From assembly GCA_946622285.1 (NCBI GenBank), contig CAMOPK010000003.1, positions 1 through 63,876 of the forward strand: a stretch of DNA of 63,876 nt. Reading direction: 5' to 3'. Below the pieces are notes generated by a model. It was not told where the DNA came from. It saw only the letters and a program-made list of their open reading frames with translations, and made no database searches. A program made the position numbers and the translations under genes. Of this stretch, positions 28,980 through 38,824 are shown piece after piece (within the stretch, counting starts at the first letter, position 1; every line of letters begins with the position of its first letter). The DNA comes from an uncultured Bacillota bacterium (lineage in GTDB: Bacteria > Bacillota_I > Bacilli_A > RF39 > UBA660).

Positions 28980-31900
28980 TACTTGATAATTATATAACGA
29001 TAAACTTCACCAATATATGTATTTTCGTCATATAATCTAATTTCTAGTTTATAAGTACCTGACATTAAATTATCCTTCATATATAAGAAATGTGTTAGGT
29101 TTGCAACTGGATTATCACTTAGAATATATTCGTTAGTTCCAGAACTTGTTAATGAAGTTGTGAAATAATCTGCAAAATCTACTTCATTATATACTGTTGA
29201 ATATATTTCGCTATAATCTCTTCTATATAGCTTAACACGTAGATTTGGATTACTAAATCCTGATTCATACGATATTGTTGCCAATAAGGCATTTGAATTA
29301 TTTAAGTTTTTACCAGTATCTTTATCCCAGAACAAGCAATTTTCAGGAATACTTAATGTTAATCCATATAAAGTATCCATTACTTTTAAGTTTAGTTCTA
29401 GTGTATCAGATGACTCTAAACCATAATAAACGCCATCTGGTGAACCGAATGATTCAATTATAATTTTATAATTTCCTCCGGCTAAACTACTGTTTTCAGC
29501 ATGAACTTTTATTCTTGAGGATACATTAGCGACTCTCTCAGCAATCTTAATACGAGTTTCACCATTATCTCTTGGATAATAGATAATACCATTATTTTCA
29601 AAGTAAATACCTAATAAACTTGAACTAGTAACTTTGTTATTATATTCATCATATATTGATATTTTTATACCTAATTGTTGATCATAATAATTTGTATCAA
29701 TAATTGTATCAGATAATACTTTTTGTTGAATAAAGTTTGTATTAATGTTTATATCCATATTATTACCATTATAGAATTTAAGTGTATCAATTTGACCAGA
29801 CAAATCAATAACAGCATCTTTATTATGATATAAGTCATATACCATATTACCTTGTTCAATACCTAATACAGCTAAAATTGTTTGATCATTACTACTTCTT
29901 CTTTCAATTAAGAATGAATTATTTAATACATCAGAAGTAATATTAGTATCTTTAAAATCAACTATAAAGATGAATTCTTCTTCAACATAATGTAAATCAG
30001 AATTATAGTAAATTGTATTTGTTAAAGCATCATCATAATGATTATTTACTGATGTACTACCCATCTTTACAAAATTAGAAAGTTTATATGTTGCTTCATC
30101 ATTTAACGCATATTCAGCATTAGCTCGTGCTACATCAGCAGCACTTACAACATAGTAGTAGTAAACTGGCTTATTTTCAAGGTGATAGTCAATCATTGTT
30201 ATCTTTGTGTTTTCAGGTAAAACATATGAAGATACAAGTGAACGATAGTCACCAATTCGATATGGAGTTTGATCTACTTCCATGAATAATGAGAAGAAGG
30301 CACTGAAACTACTCTTATCTGTTATTTTTACATTACTTGAAGCAAACATTTCATATTTTTTACCTGTTGTAATAGTTGCTTCATAATCGTTTGTCGTATA
30401 AATTGCACGGCTTATATTTACATTTATGTTAATTCTTTCAACTTCATTAGTTAAATCATCAACAGGTGTTATCATAACAAGAGAAATAGTTGCTGTTCCC
30501 ATATCTCCAGATGTACCTAAATTTTTAGAATGGTACAAATAGAATAATAAACTTGGAACTGCCGTTGAGTTTTCTTTTTCATAAGTTGTTGTTCCTACTA
30601 TTGGCTGAGATGTGCTAGAAAGGAATTTAGTTTCTCCAACTGTAATCCAACCTGTTTGACCAGGTTTAATTGCAAGTCCCATGTTATTATCTGCATAATC
30701 ATTTGTTGGGGCAACTCTGGATATATTAGATGGATTAATTAAACTTACGCCTTCAGATAAACCATCGTAGTTAAAACCTAATATTGATAATTTAGTATTA
30801 GGTCTTGCATAATTAATGAAACTTAATTCTTCAACACCTAATGTTGAATATTTAGAAGCTGTTAAATTAACTTCATATGTTACAACTTGTTTTCCAACAA
30901 CCCACATATAGAAACTAGCATCAGCTGGTGTTGGTTCAATATAGAATGTTTTAAGTTCAGTTGATTCTTCAGAAACAAGATCGTTTGAATAGAAACCATC
31001 AACTTCAATATCATGAGAATCATAGTGACGCCCTAGGACGTAACTACCACTTGTGAAGTAATAAGCATCTCCTGATGTAGCATTATCACCATAATTATAT
31101 GAACTATTATATAGAGCTGTTACCGGTTGTCCACTACCGCCTTCTCTATACATTCCAAAGAAAGTCATACCTGAAACATCACCATATGAAGTAATGTTTT
31201 CATTAGTTGCAACATTTAAATTCTTATCTTCTTGCATATACAAACGGTTATCTACATTACGAGTTACTGTCTTAGTCTCATCATTAATGCTTACGCTTGC
31301 TTTTACTTCTTCATTATTAACATCAACTAATGAAGTAAATTTTTTAAGAAGATTAGCACCAGTTTTTAGATATAAACTAGTATTATTTTTTATTTTTAAT
31401 TCATCAATACGGCTAAGTGTAAATAGTACATCTGAATATTCATTAGTACGGTCTGTTGCACCTGCCAATTTAACATGTGAATTATCTAAAGTAACTATAT
31501 CAGCTCTCTGAATTGAAATATTATTCTTAACGGCATTTTTAGTGCCATAATTCTTAATCATAATATAACTATATCCAGTTGTAGATGATGCATTACCACT
31601 ACCAAATATTGAACCATTAATATTGAATACATTGTGTTCAGATGCATCAATATTAATATTAATTCCTGTTGTTACACTGATGAAACTATAGTCATAGTTT
31701 TCTGAACCACTGGCATTAGCTTCACCACCACCGAAGACAGTTCCACCAATCGAAATATTACCTGGTGTCAATGTACTCTTATTAACCGCATTTTTACCAA
31801 TATTTAACGTTGTTGTTCCATATAGTACTGATGTATTAGCTCCACCATAAACATTTCCACCAATTGTAGCTCCAACAATATTTACAACTCCTGTTGAATT

Positions 31901-34900
31901 GTTATTGCTTTCAAGTCCAGTTGCAGCGGCATTTCCACCTCCAAAGACATGTCTAGTAATATTTGTTGTTCCTTCAATATCAAGGTTAGTACTACCTTCT
32001 ACGATTGCAGTTACACCATTACCACCGGCATAAACGCTTTCTGAAACTACAGCATTAGTAACTAATACATGAGTGTTTCCTTTAACTCTAGCGGCATTTC
32101 CGCCACCAAAGATATTTTCAGTAACTGTTATTCCGTTTGTTTGAACACTAGTATTTCCAGCAACATAACCTAAGTTTCCACCACCATAAACACTTTCTGA
32201 AACAGTGGTTCCGTTATTTACTAACACAGTCGTATTTCCTGTTACTTTGGCTGGATTCATTTCTCCAGTTAGATCTCCTGATACAACTGAATTTATACCA
32301 TTACCTCCACCAAAGATGTTACATGTTATTGTACTATTTGAAACTGTAACGTTTGTTGACCCAATAATTGCAGCGGCATTTCCACCACCAAATACATTAC
32401 AAGTTGTTGCATTATTTAAAGTTAATACTGATGATGTAGAATTAGCATTAGTACCTACTTCAGCTTGATTTCCACCACCATATATTGCAGTTGAAACTGT
32501 AGATGATGTTATTGTCGATGTTGCAATTCCATCTGTTCTACCATTATTTCCACCACCATAGAAAGTACTACCGATTGTTGATGAAGATACTGTCGAAGTG
32601 ATATTTCCATCTACTTTAGCATTATTTCCACCACCATAAACACTTCCTGAAACTGTAGCAGTGTTAGCAGATAAGACTACATTTCCTGAAACATCTCCAT
32701 TATTTCCTCCGCCGAAAATATTATTAGTAACTGAAATTGTATTTAGAGTCATATTGACATTACCAGTTGTAATACCGTAGTTTCCACCACCATATATTGA
32801 ATCTGTAATAACTGATGAATCATTTACAATTAATTCAACATTACTATCAACTTTGGCATTGTTTCCACCACCATAAATATTTTGAGCAGTTGTTCCAGAT
32901 ACTTCTAAGTCAACTTCATCATCAACATCTCCGTTATTTCCGCCACCATAGATGTTGTTAGATAAACTTGAATCTGCAATTCCAGTAGTAATAGTACCTA
33001 ATGTTTTACCAAAATTTCCACCGCCATAGAAATTAGTAGCTGTCAATTCCTGAACATTTATTTCAATATTATCTTTAGCATCAGCGTTATTTCCACCACC
33101 GTAAACATTAGTTATACTACTTTCATCAATGTTTAATGTGATTTGCCCAAATACATCTCCGTTATTTCCACCACCAAAGACATTTCCATTAACTTGGGTA
33201 TTTCCCTCGATAGTTAAGTCTACTGTATGGTTAACGGCAGCATTATTACCGCCACCATATATAGCTCCTGGATGTGCTTGAGATCCAATAGTTGAACTAT
33301 TAATATTTGCAGTTACAGATGTTATTGCTGCGTTATCACCGCCACCAAATACACTATCTTTTATTGTTACATTTTCTAATGAAACATCTGATGTCCCTGT
33401 TACAGCGTAATCTCCACCACCATATAGTTTGTTAATAGTACCATGGTCTAGATCGATGTTAGCAGAACTTGTTACACCTCCGGCATTATTTCCACCATAA
33501 AGGTTATCAACTTCAAGTCCATTATAGCTATAAGCAATATATTCATTATTAGATGAATCATAACCTTTAATAACGTATCCTTTTATTTCAAAATCATCAT
33601 AAGAAACATATGAATGAATATTAAAATTAAAATTATAACTTCCACTTGCAACAATTGTATTTGTTCCATAGTATTGATTTTTCTCAGTGACTTTAAATGC
33701 CCCAGAGTCATATGTGATTGTTGCACTTGACCAGTTTGAATCAAGAACTGCAGGACCAGTTATCAAATATAATGTCCATCTTGTTAATGTAGCTCCTGTA
33801 TTGTTACTAATTGTTACAGCAAGATTTTCACTAGATAAGTGATCTGTTGTATTAGTTTGATTAACATTACTTACTGATTTTGTAACACTTACTGCAATAT
33901 TATCTTTACTAATGTTTCCATTAATTGATTTAACATTACTTGTTGTTACATCACCACTCATATCAGAGCCACCAAATGTATTTAAAATTAAGCCCTTATT
34001 TAAATTAACATTAGTTGTAGTTACTCCAGCTTCACTACCACCACCAAAGACATTCCCAGAATATCCATGATTGAAATTAATTGTTGATGTTGTTGATGGT
34101 GCTTTTTTACCACCACCATAAATGTTATTTGCAACACAACCATCAACTGTAATATTAGTATTAGTTGTTGTACCACCATCGTTGTTACCACCATAAATAT
34201 TCTTGGCAATTCCGTTTTGAATAGTTACGCGGCTTTCTCTAACTGTTCCAGCTGTGTTTGATCCTCCAAACAATGTTGTTACTTCACTTTTTAATGTTAC
34301 GTTACTTGCAACAGTTACATCTGTCTGCTCTCCACCACCATAAACGGTTGTGATATTACCACCATTTATAGTGACATTAGTGGTTCCTGTTGAACCTCCT
34401 AAATTATTACCACCATAAACGGTTGGACAAGTTCCTGAAGTACATGTAACATTTGCTGTTGTTACAGTTCCAGTAGTGTTTGATCCTCCAAAGATACGTG
34501 AAGAAGAACCACCTTGCAAATAAACATTAGTTGTTTTAGCACCAGCTTGGTTTCCACCACCAAATGTATTTTGAACTGTTCCACCTTTTAAATAAACAGA
34601 TATAGTTCCGTTTGGAATTCCAGCGGCATCATTTGCACCATATACGTTAGTAATTGTTCCATCATTTATAGTTACAGTTACATTTCCTTCAACATATGGT
34701 TCAAATGTACTACTTCCTTGGCCTCCACCAAAGACATTTGTAATTCGACCTTTATTGACTGTTACACTTGTATTATAGTTTGATAAATTTGTTGTTCTTG
34801 TTGATCCATTTACCGTACCATAAGCACTACCACCAAAAACGCTTCCATTTATGATTGGTGTAGTTGTTATATTACTATCTCCGATTGTTACATTTGCATT

Positions 34901-37633
34901 TCTTACTACAAATGTTCCTGGTGAACTATTGGATTCATATCCTCCTCGTCCTCCGCCAAAGACATTATTTTTAACTTCACCACCATATACTTTTACGTTA
35001 GTGCTACCATAAATTGTTCCCTGTGCATTACTTCCACCATATATTGATCCAAGGACATTACCTTTATACATTGTTATATCGATGGTTGCTACAGTACTGT
35101 TATCACCAGAACCGTTATTATTACCTCCACCATAAATATCGCCTTTGACCATACCATCATACATTACGATAGTAGATGAAGTTGTGGTATTTGAACTACT
35201 TACTCCAGTAGCTCCGTAGTTACCACCACCATACACATTACCAAGAATAGTTGCACCACCATCAATGACGATTGTTGAATTATCGGCAGAACCAATTGTT
35301 GATGTACCATTTTTACCATTTCCGATACCAAATACTGACCCAGCTTCAGCACCAAATAATTTTGTTTCATCTTCTACCAAATCTTCATCGCCGATTGTAG
35401 CATTTCCACCAACATATACATAAGTTGATCCATTTAAAGTTCCTTCGCCGTCAGCGCCACTATAACTGTTTGATCCCCCAAAGACACTATAGTTAATTTT
35501 TCCACCAGTGACACTGATAATTCTGTTTCCATAAGTTGCACTTCGTCCGGCGCCACCAATTACCATGTCAACCTCACCACCACTTATATTCATGATGATA
35601 TCATTGACATTTGCACGTGATGATGGAACAAGTGGTCCACCAATTAAGTTATATATGTGTCCGCCTTCAATACGTGCTCTTCTAGTTGAACGATGTTCAC
35701 CATAGTTTAAACCACCAACATAAATTCCTGCAGCATAATCATAATGATTGCTACCAAATGATCCACTTTTAACGATTAAATCAACTGAAATTTCTGTTGA
35801 AGTAGTTGTATTTGTTGAAGCATATATATTTCCACTCCAGCTTCCTGCTGATGTGTAATAAACATCTAATTTTTCGTTATCTTTATTATGTGCTTTATCA
35901 TAATCATTACCATAAACTGGTTTAGCCAAAATGTAAGCATTATATTGAGTATTACTACTTCTAGCTCCATAAACAACACCAATTCCGTTATAGAAACCAG
36001 ATTCAATTAATAGACTATATTTAGTAGGATTACCATTGCTACCTGTTGATGATGTTCCACCAATAATACCGGCAAAATTTAATCTTGTGCCACTTCTTGT
36101 TAGGCCTCGACCAAGTTTAACGTTATGAAAGTTTACTATTAAACTACCAGTTGAGTTTGTTGAATATGGAGGTGCATAATCATTTGTCCTAGTAGGTCCA
36201 TATATTTCCATATTTTCAATAACAACATCGCTATAGCAAGTAACTGTTAGATTGTTTGCAGTCCAACTATAATTACCAAGAGCACCATTATATACTGCAG
36301 TAAATGTGAATGGCTTTGTTGTTGAACTCCATGTTCTAGCTAAATTATCAACTCTTAAATAAACGATATTTGTATCTCTAGTTGTTAAATAATAATATGT
36401 ATCATCAGTATTTGCTATATTTGGAGTACCATTACTACTATATTGAATTAATTCATAGTAATTGCATCCATTATTTGTAGTACAAGTACCAGTTTGTATT
36501 TCACCTTGATTATTATAATATCCAGTATATGAAGCTTGATTATTTATATGAACTGCCCTAAAATATGATGCCATATTTTTGTTTTCATATGCTGGAGCTA
36601 CAACCCAATAGGCTTTATCCTCGTTATCGTATAAAGCCATACGTCCATTGACGACTGAATAATAAGTTGAATTTTGATTAAATATTTCATTTGTAATTCT
36701 TTGATAAACTATACAACCTCTATTTGTGTTACAAGTGCCACTTGTATAAGCATTACCACGATCATCATAATAACCAACATAACTTGCATATCTATAGATT
36801 GTTATCTGATGGAAAAAGCCCTCCATATTATCATTACGGTATCTTTTTTCAGTGATGTTCATTTGATGTAATCCAGCACTATCAAGATTATCTATAGCAT
36901 CATCCCATGGATTAACATTATTAAACCAACCACTGCTACCTAAAGTCGTAATTGATGCTTCTGCTGCATCAATCCATGTCGCATAAAATTCAATTTCAAT
37001 TTTATTTGGTACATTATTTGTATATGTAATTGGAATTTTAACATATCGCTTGTAGTAGTCCATATCAAGACTTACAATTGCTCCATTATAAGTTGTTATC
37101 CAGCCATTAAATCCTTTACCATTTGGTCTTCTAGTAAATGGATTATCAATCAATTCAATTAAGACAAAATCATCAGTAGTATAATTAGTATTATTATTAT
37201 CAACTGGATATGCTTTAAAATAAATATATGTGTCTTGTAACTCGCTTGGTGATACATAACCATGATTGCTGTTAGTAATATCTTGACCATGATATGTTAC
37301 TTTTGTTTGAACTAAATTGTTTTCCGTATAAATATTTTTATTTGCCGTTGTTGGAAGTGAACCATTACTTGAATAAATATAGTTCTGACCAGTATAGAAA
37401 TTTAAATCGTTTACTAATTCATTGACATATACTGTTGCACCCTCAACTTTACTGCTGACATAACTTGGATCATTAGTAAATGCAATTGACATTTCACTAA
37501 ATGTTGCAAAATAACTAATCGTTCCAACTATTAAAAGTAGAACACAAAAAAGAGAAGATAAAATGCGAACTTTAGCACTTAGGCTTAAAGAAGCAATTTT
37601 TGCTTTGATTTCTTTAATCATTTTCATTCGCAT
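28979..37633 (-). CDS. Giant (2884 aa) secreted beta-helix-repeat protein with a SipW-class-like N-terminal signal; putative adhesin
   Basis: N-terminus KVRILSSLFCVLLLIVGTISYFATFSEMS. It carries ~70 degenerate repeats of the type (V/I)(F/Y)GGGN.(A/G).V.G. No LPXTG or C-terminal TM. The RBS AGGTGA favours the third ATG (37627) as the start. Confidence 0.85.
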   Translation of the reverse strand: MRMKMIKEIKAKIASLSLSAKVRILSSLFCVLLLIVGTISYFATFSEMSIAFTNDPSYVSSKVEGATVYVNELVNDLNFYTGQNYIYSSNGSLPTTANKNIYTENNLVQTKVTYHGQDITNSNHGYVSPSELQDTYIYFKAYPVDNNNTNYTTDDFVLIELIDNPFTRRPNGKGFNGWITTYNGAIVSLDMDYYKRYVKIPITYTNNVPNKIEIEFYATWIDAAEASITTLGSSGWFNNVNPWDDAIDNLDSAGLHQMNITEKRYRNDNMEGFFHQITIYRYASYVGYYDDRGNAYTSGTCNTNRGCIVYQRITNEIFNQNSTYYSVVNGRMALYDNEDKAYWVVAPAYENKNMASYFRAVHINNQASYTGYYNNQGEIQTGTCTTNNGCNYYELIQYSSNGTPNIANTDDTYYYLTTRDTNIVYLRVDNLARTWSSTTKPFTFTAVYNGALGNYSWTANNLTVTCYSDVVIENMEIYGPTRTNDYAPPYSTNSTGSLIVNFHNVKLGRGLTRSGTRLNFAGIIGGTSSTGSNGNPTKYSLLIESGFYNGIGVVYGARSSNTQYNAYILAKPVYGNDYDKAHNKDNEKLDVYYTSAGSWSGNIYASTNTTTSTEISVDLIVKSGSFGSNHYDYAAGIYVGGLNYGEHRSTRRARIEGGHIYNLIGGPLVPSSRANVNDIIMNISGGEVDMVIGGAGRSATYGNRIISVTGGKINYSVFGGSNSYSGADGEGTLNGSTYVYVGGNATIGDEDLVEDETKLFGAEAGSVFGIGNGKNGTSTIGSADNSTIVIDGGATILGNVYGGGNYGATGVSSSNTTTSSTIVMYDGMVKGDIYGGGNNNGSGDNSTVATIDITMYKGNVLGSIYGGSNAQGTIYGSTNVKVYGGEVKNNVFGGGRGGYESNSSPGTFVVRNANVTIGDSNITTTPIINGSVFGGSAYGTVNGSTRTTNLSNYNTSVTVNKGRITNVFGGGQGSSTFEPYVEGNVTVTINDGTITNVYGANDAAGIPNGTISVYLKGGTVQNTFGGGNQAGAKTTNVYLQGGSSSRIFGGSNTTGTVTTANVTCTSGTCPTVYGGNNLGGSTGTTNVTINGGNITTVYGGGEQTDVTVASNVTLKSEVTTLFGGSNTAGTVRESRVTIQNGIAKNIYGGNNDGGTTTNTNITVDGCVANNIYGGGKKAPSTTSTINFNHGYSGNVFGGGSEAGVTTTNVNLNKGLILNTFGGSDMSGDVTTSNVKSINGNISKDNIAVSVTKSVSNVNQTNTTDHLSSENLAVTISNNTGATLTRWTLYLITGPAVLDSNWSSATITYDSGAFKVTEKNQYYGTNTIVASGSYNFNFNIHSYVSYDDFEIKGYVIKGYDSSNNEYIAYSYNGLEVDNLYGGNNAGGVTSSANIDLDHGTINKLYGGGDYAVTGTSDVSLENVTIKDSVFGGGDNAAITSVTANINSSTIGSQAHPGAIYGGGNNAAVNHTVDLTIEGNTQVNGNVFGGGNNGDVFGQITLNIDESSITNVYGGGNNADAKDNIEINVQELTATNFYGGGNFGKTLGTITTGIADSSLSNNIYGGGNNGDVDDEVDLEVSGTTAQNIYGGGNNAKVDSNVELIVNDSSVITDSIYGGGNYGITTGNVNMTLNTISVTNNIFGGGNNGDVSGNVVLSANTATVSGSVYGGGNNAKVDGNITSTVSSSTIGSTFYGGGNNGRTDGIATSTITSSTVSTAIYGGGNQAEVGTNANSTSSVLTLNNATTCNVFGGGNAAAIIGSTNVTVSNSTITCNIFGGGNGINSVVSGDLTGEMNPAKVTGNTTVLVNNGTTVSESVYGGGNLGYVAGNTSVQTNGITVTENIFGGGNAARVKGNTHVLVTNAVVSESVYAGGNGVTAIVEGSTNLDIEGTTNITRHVFGGGNAAATGLESNNNSTGVVNIVGATIGGNVYGGANTSVLYGTTTLNIGKNAVNKSTLTPGNISIGGTVFGGGEANASGSENYDYSFISVTTGININIDASEHNVFNINGSIFGSGNASSTTGYSYIMIKNYGTKNAVKNNISIQRADIVTLDNSHVKLAGATDRTNEYSDVLFTLSRIDELKIKNNTSLYLKTGANLLKKFTSLVDVNNEEVKASVSINDETKTVTRNVDNRLYMQEDKNLNVATNENITSYGDVSGMTFFGMYREGGSGQPVTALYNSSYNYGDNATSGDAYYFTSGSYVLGRHYDSHDIEVDGFYSNDLVSEESTELKTFYIEPTPADASFYMWVVGKQVVTYEVNLTASKYSTLGVEELSFINYARPNTKLSILGFNYDGLSEGVSLINPSNISRVAPTNDYADNNMGLAIKPGQTGWITVGETKFLSSTSQPIVGTTTYEKENSTAVPSLLFYLYHSKNLGTSGDMGTATISLVMITPVDDLTNEVERININVNISRAIYTTNDYEATITTGKKYEMFASSNVKITDKSSFSAFFSLFMEVDQTPYRIGDYRSLVSSYVLPENTKITMIDYHLENKPVYYYYVVSAADVARANAEYALNDEATYKLSNFVKMGSTSVNNHYDDALTNTIYYNSDLHYVEEEFIFIVDFKDTNITSDVLNNSFLIERRSSNDQTILAVLGIEQGNMVYDLYHNKDAVIDLSGQIDTLKFYNGNNMDININTNFIQQKVLSDTIIDTNYYDQQLGIKISIYDEYNNKVTSSSLLGIYFENNGIIYYPRDNGETRIKIAERVANVSSRIKVHAENSSLAGGNYKIIIESFGSPDGVYYGLESSDTLELNLKVMDTLYGLTLSIPENCLFWDKDTGKNLNNSNALLATISYESGFSNPNLRVKLYRRDYSEIYSTVYNEVDFADYFTTSLTSSGTNEYILSDNPVANLTHFLYMKDNLMSGTYKLEIRLYDENTYIGEVYRYIIIK
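31590..35700 (-). repeat. Coding repeat region (parallel beta-helix-type GGGN/GGSN repeats, ~18-25 aa period), interrupted at ~33520-33925
   Basis: Recurrent ccaccacc(a/g)(t/a)a on the plus strand corresponds to YGGG/FGGG on the minus strand. Spacing is variable and the units are degenerate at DNA level. Confidence 0.8.
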
Positions 37634-37657
37634 TCACCTACTTTTCTACTAATATCA

Positions 37658-37666
37658 ATTATACCA
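37658..37666 (-). promoter_or_regulatory. Extended -10 element (TGGTATAAT) for the 2884-aa gene
   Basis: Plus-strand attatacca reverse-complements to TGGTATAAT. It lies between the upstream terminator and the giant ORF. Confidence 0.5.
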
Positions 37667-37699
37667 TATTTTGTCACTTTTTTGTATATAGAAAAGCAC

Positions 37700-37727
37700 T
37701 AAAAAAACCCATATTTAAGATGGGTTT
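37700..37727 (-). terminator. Rho-independent terminator after the 369-aa TasA-like gene
   Basis: Stem aaacccat (37705-37712) pairs with atgggttt (37720-37727). The loop contains the stop codon. A T-run follows on the minus strand. Confidence 0.7.
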
Positions 37728-38824
37728 GTTGTAAATTGTAAATTCAATTTCATGCCGCCTACAGCAGCATTGTTTTCGCAGTCAACATCCTGACCTTCAA
37801 TCCAAACATAAACGCGAACTTTTGTTATTCCAGCTTCTAAATTAAACACTTGTATGTATTCTTTAAAATCAGCTTTGCTGGTATAATCAACTTTAACAAC
37901 ATCAAAATATGATGGGAAATTAGCACGCTTTGCAGTATTTATCATTACACCAGCATCTTTTGGAATTTCAGCTTTTACGCCTTCATAAGGTAAAACTCCA
38001 CTTGGTGCTGAAATATTCATACCATAAACATCTCTTGCATTCTCTATTGCAGCAGCTGTATGAGTATTATAATTTGGTTCCCATATGTAAACATTGTTTC
38101 GGTTACTAGTCCTCATTAATTGTGCTGTTGAAACTGGACTATTTGCTTCAGTGTTACCTTCAACTACAAATGCAAAACGCATTGAATTTTCAATACCTGC
38201 AGATTCTTCTCCATCAGTGCCATTGTAAGTTGCACCTGACTCTTCAGTTAAATAAAGATTTGTTGGAGTATTTGTCTTTAAGAAAATATCAAAAGCTAAA
38301 TATTTAGCATTAAATGTTTCGCCAAAGCCTCTTTCATCTTGCTCTCTCGACGTTCTAAGGGTAAAGTTTGTTGAACTATTTCTAGCATTTTCAACTTTAC
38401 CATAAAACATCTTTAATTGACCAGCTTCAACTTCACCAATTGTTGAAACAGGTTCTAAAACAACTGGTAATTGATTAATACTAGATTGATATGTAAGATG
38501 GGCATCTTGCAAATCTTCAATTGTTATTTCTGGTCCCCACTTAATAGCATCAGCTGATATTTCAATGCCATTTTGGGCAGCAACTTTTACATCCATCAAC
38601 CAAACTGTGGCAATACGGTTTGATGTAAACCATGCATATGATGAAGTGGTAAGAGTTATTCCTAGCGCAAACAATAGTATAAGCAATAGAAATAATCTCT
38701 TACTACGATTTTTTGAATAATTATTCTGTTGGAGTTGCTGTTTCATTACTCTTGGAATCTGATTCTTTTGTCTCTGGTTTTGATTCTTTTGAGCCATTAA
38801 CATCACCTTCTTTGTTTTGATCAA
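37715..38824 (-). CDS. TasA/camelysin-superfamily-like secreted protein (large class, up to 369 aa) with a SipW-cognate-type signal
   Basis: KRLFLLLILLFALGITLTTSSYAWFTSNRIA. C-terminal motif VRVYVWIEGQDVDCEN. Paralogue of the 339-aa protein. The start is ambiguous: ATGs at 38824, 38803/38797 and 38746 all overlap the upstream gene. Confidence 0.7.
   Translation of the reverse strand: MIKTKKVMLMAQKNQNQRQKNQIPRVMKQQLQQNNYSKNRSKRLFLLLILLFALGITLTTSSYAWFTSNRIATVWLMDVKVAAQNGIEISADAIKWGPEITIEDLQDAHLTYQSSINQLPVVLEPVSTIGEVEAGQLKMFYGKVENARNSSTNFTLRTSREQDERGFGETFNAKYLAFDIFLKTNTPTNLYLTEESGATYNGTDGEESAGIENSMRFAFVVEGNTEANSPVSTAQLMRTSNRNNVYIWEPNYNTHTAAAIENARDVYGMNISAPSGVLPYEGVKAEIPKDAGVMINTAKRANFPSYFDVVKVDYTSKADFKEYIQVFNLEAGITKVRVYVWIEGQDVDCENNAAVGGMKLNLQFTTNPS

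Noticed and set aside
31590-35700. Strikingly periodic ccaccacc motifs that could be mistaken for a satellite or CRISPR-like array
   Set aside because: The periodicity is irregular (about 54-75 nt) and the intervening sequences are not spacer-like. Everything is in frame within one 8.6-kb ORF, where the motif encodes GGG of the beta-helix repeats.
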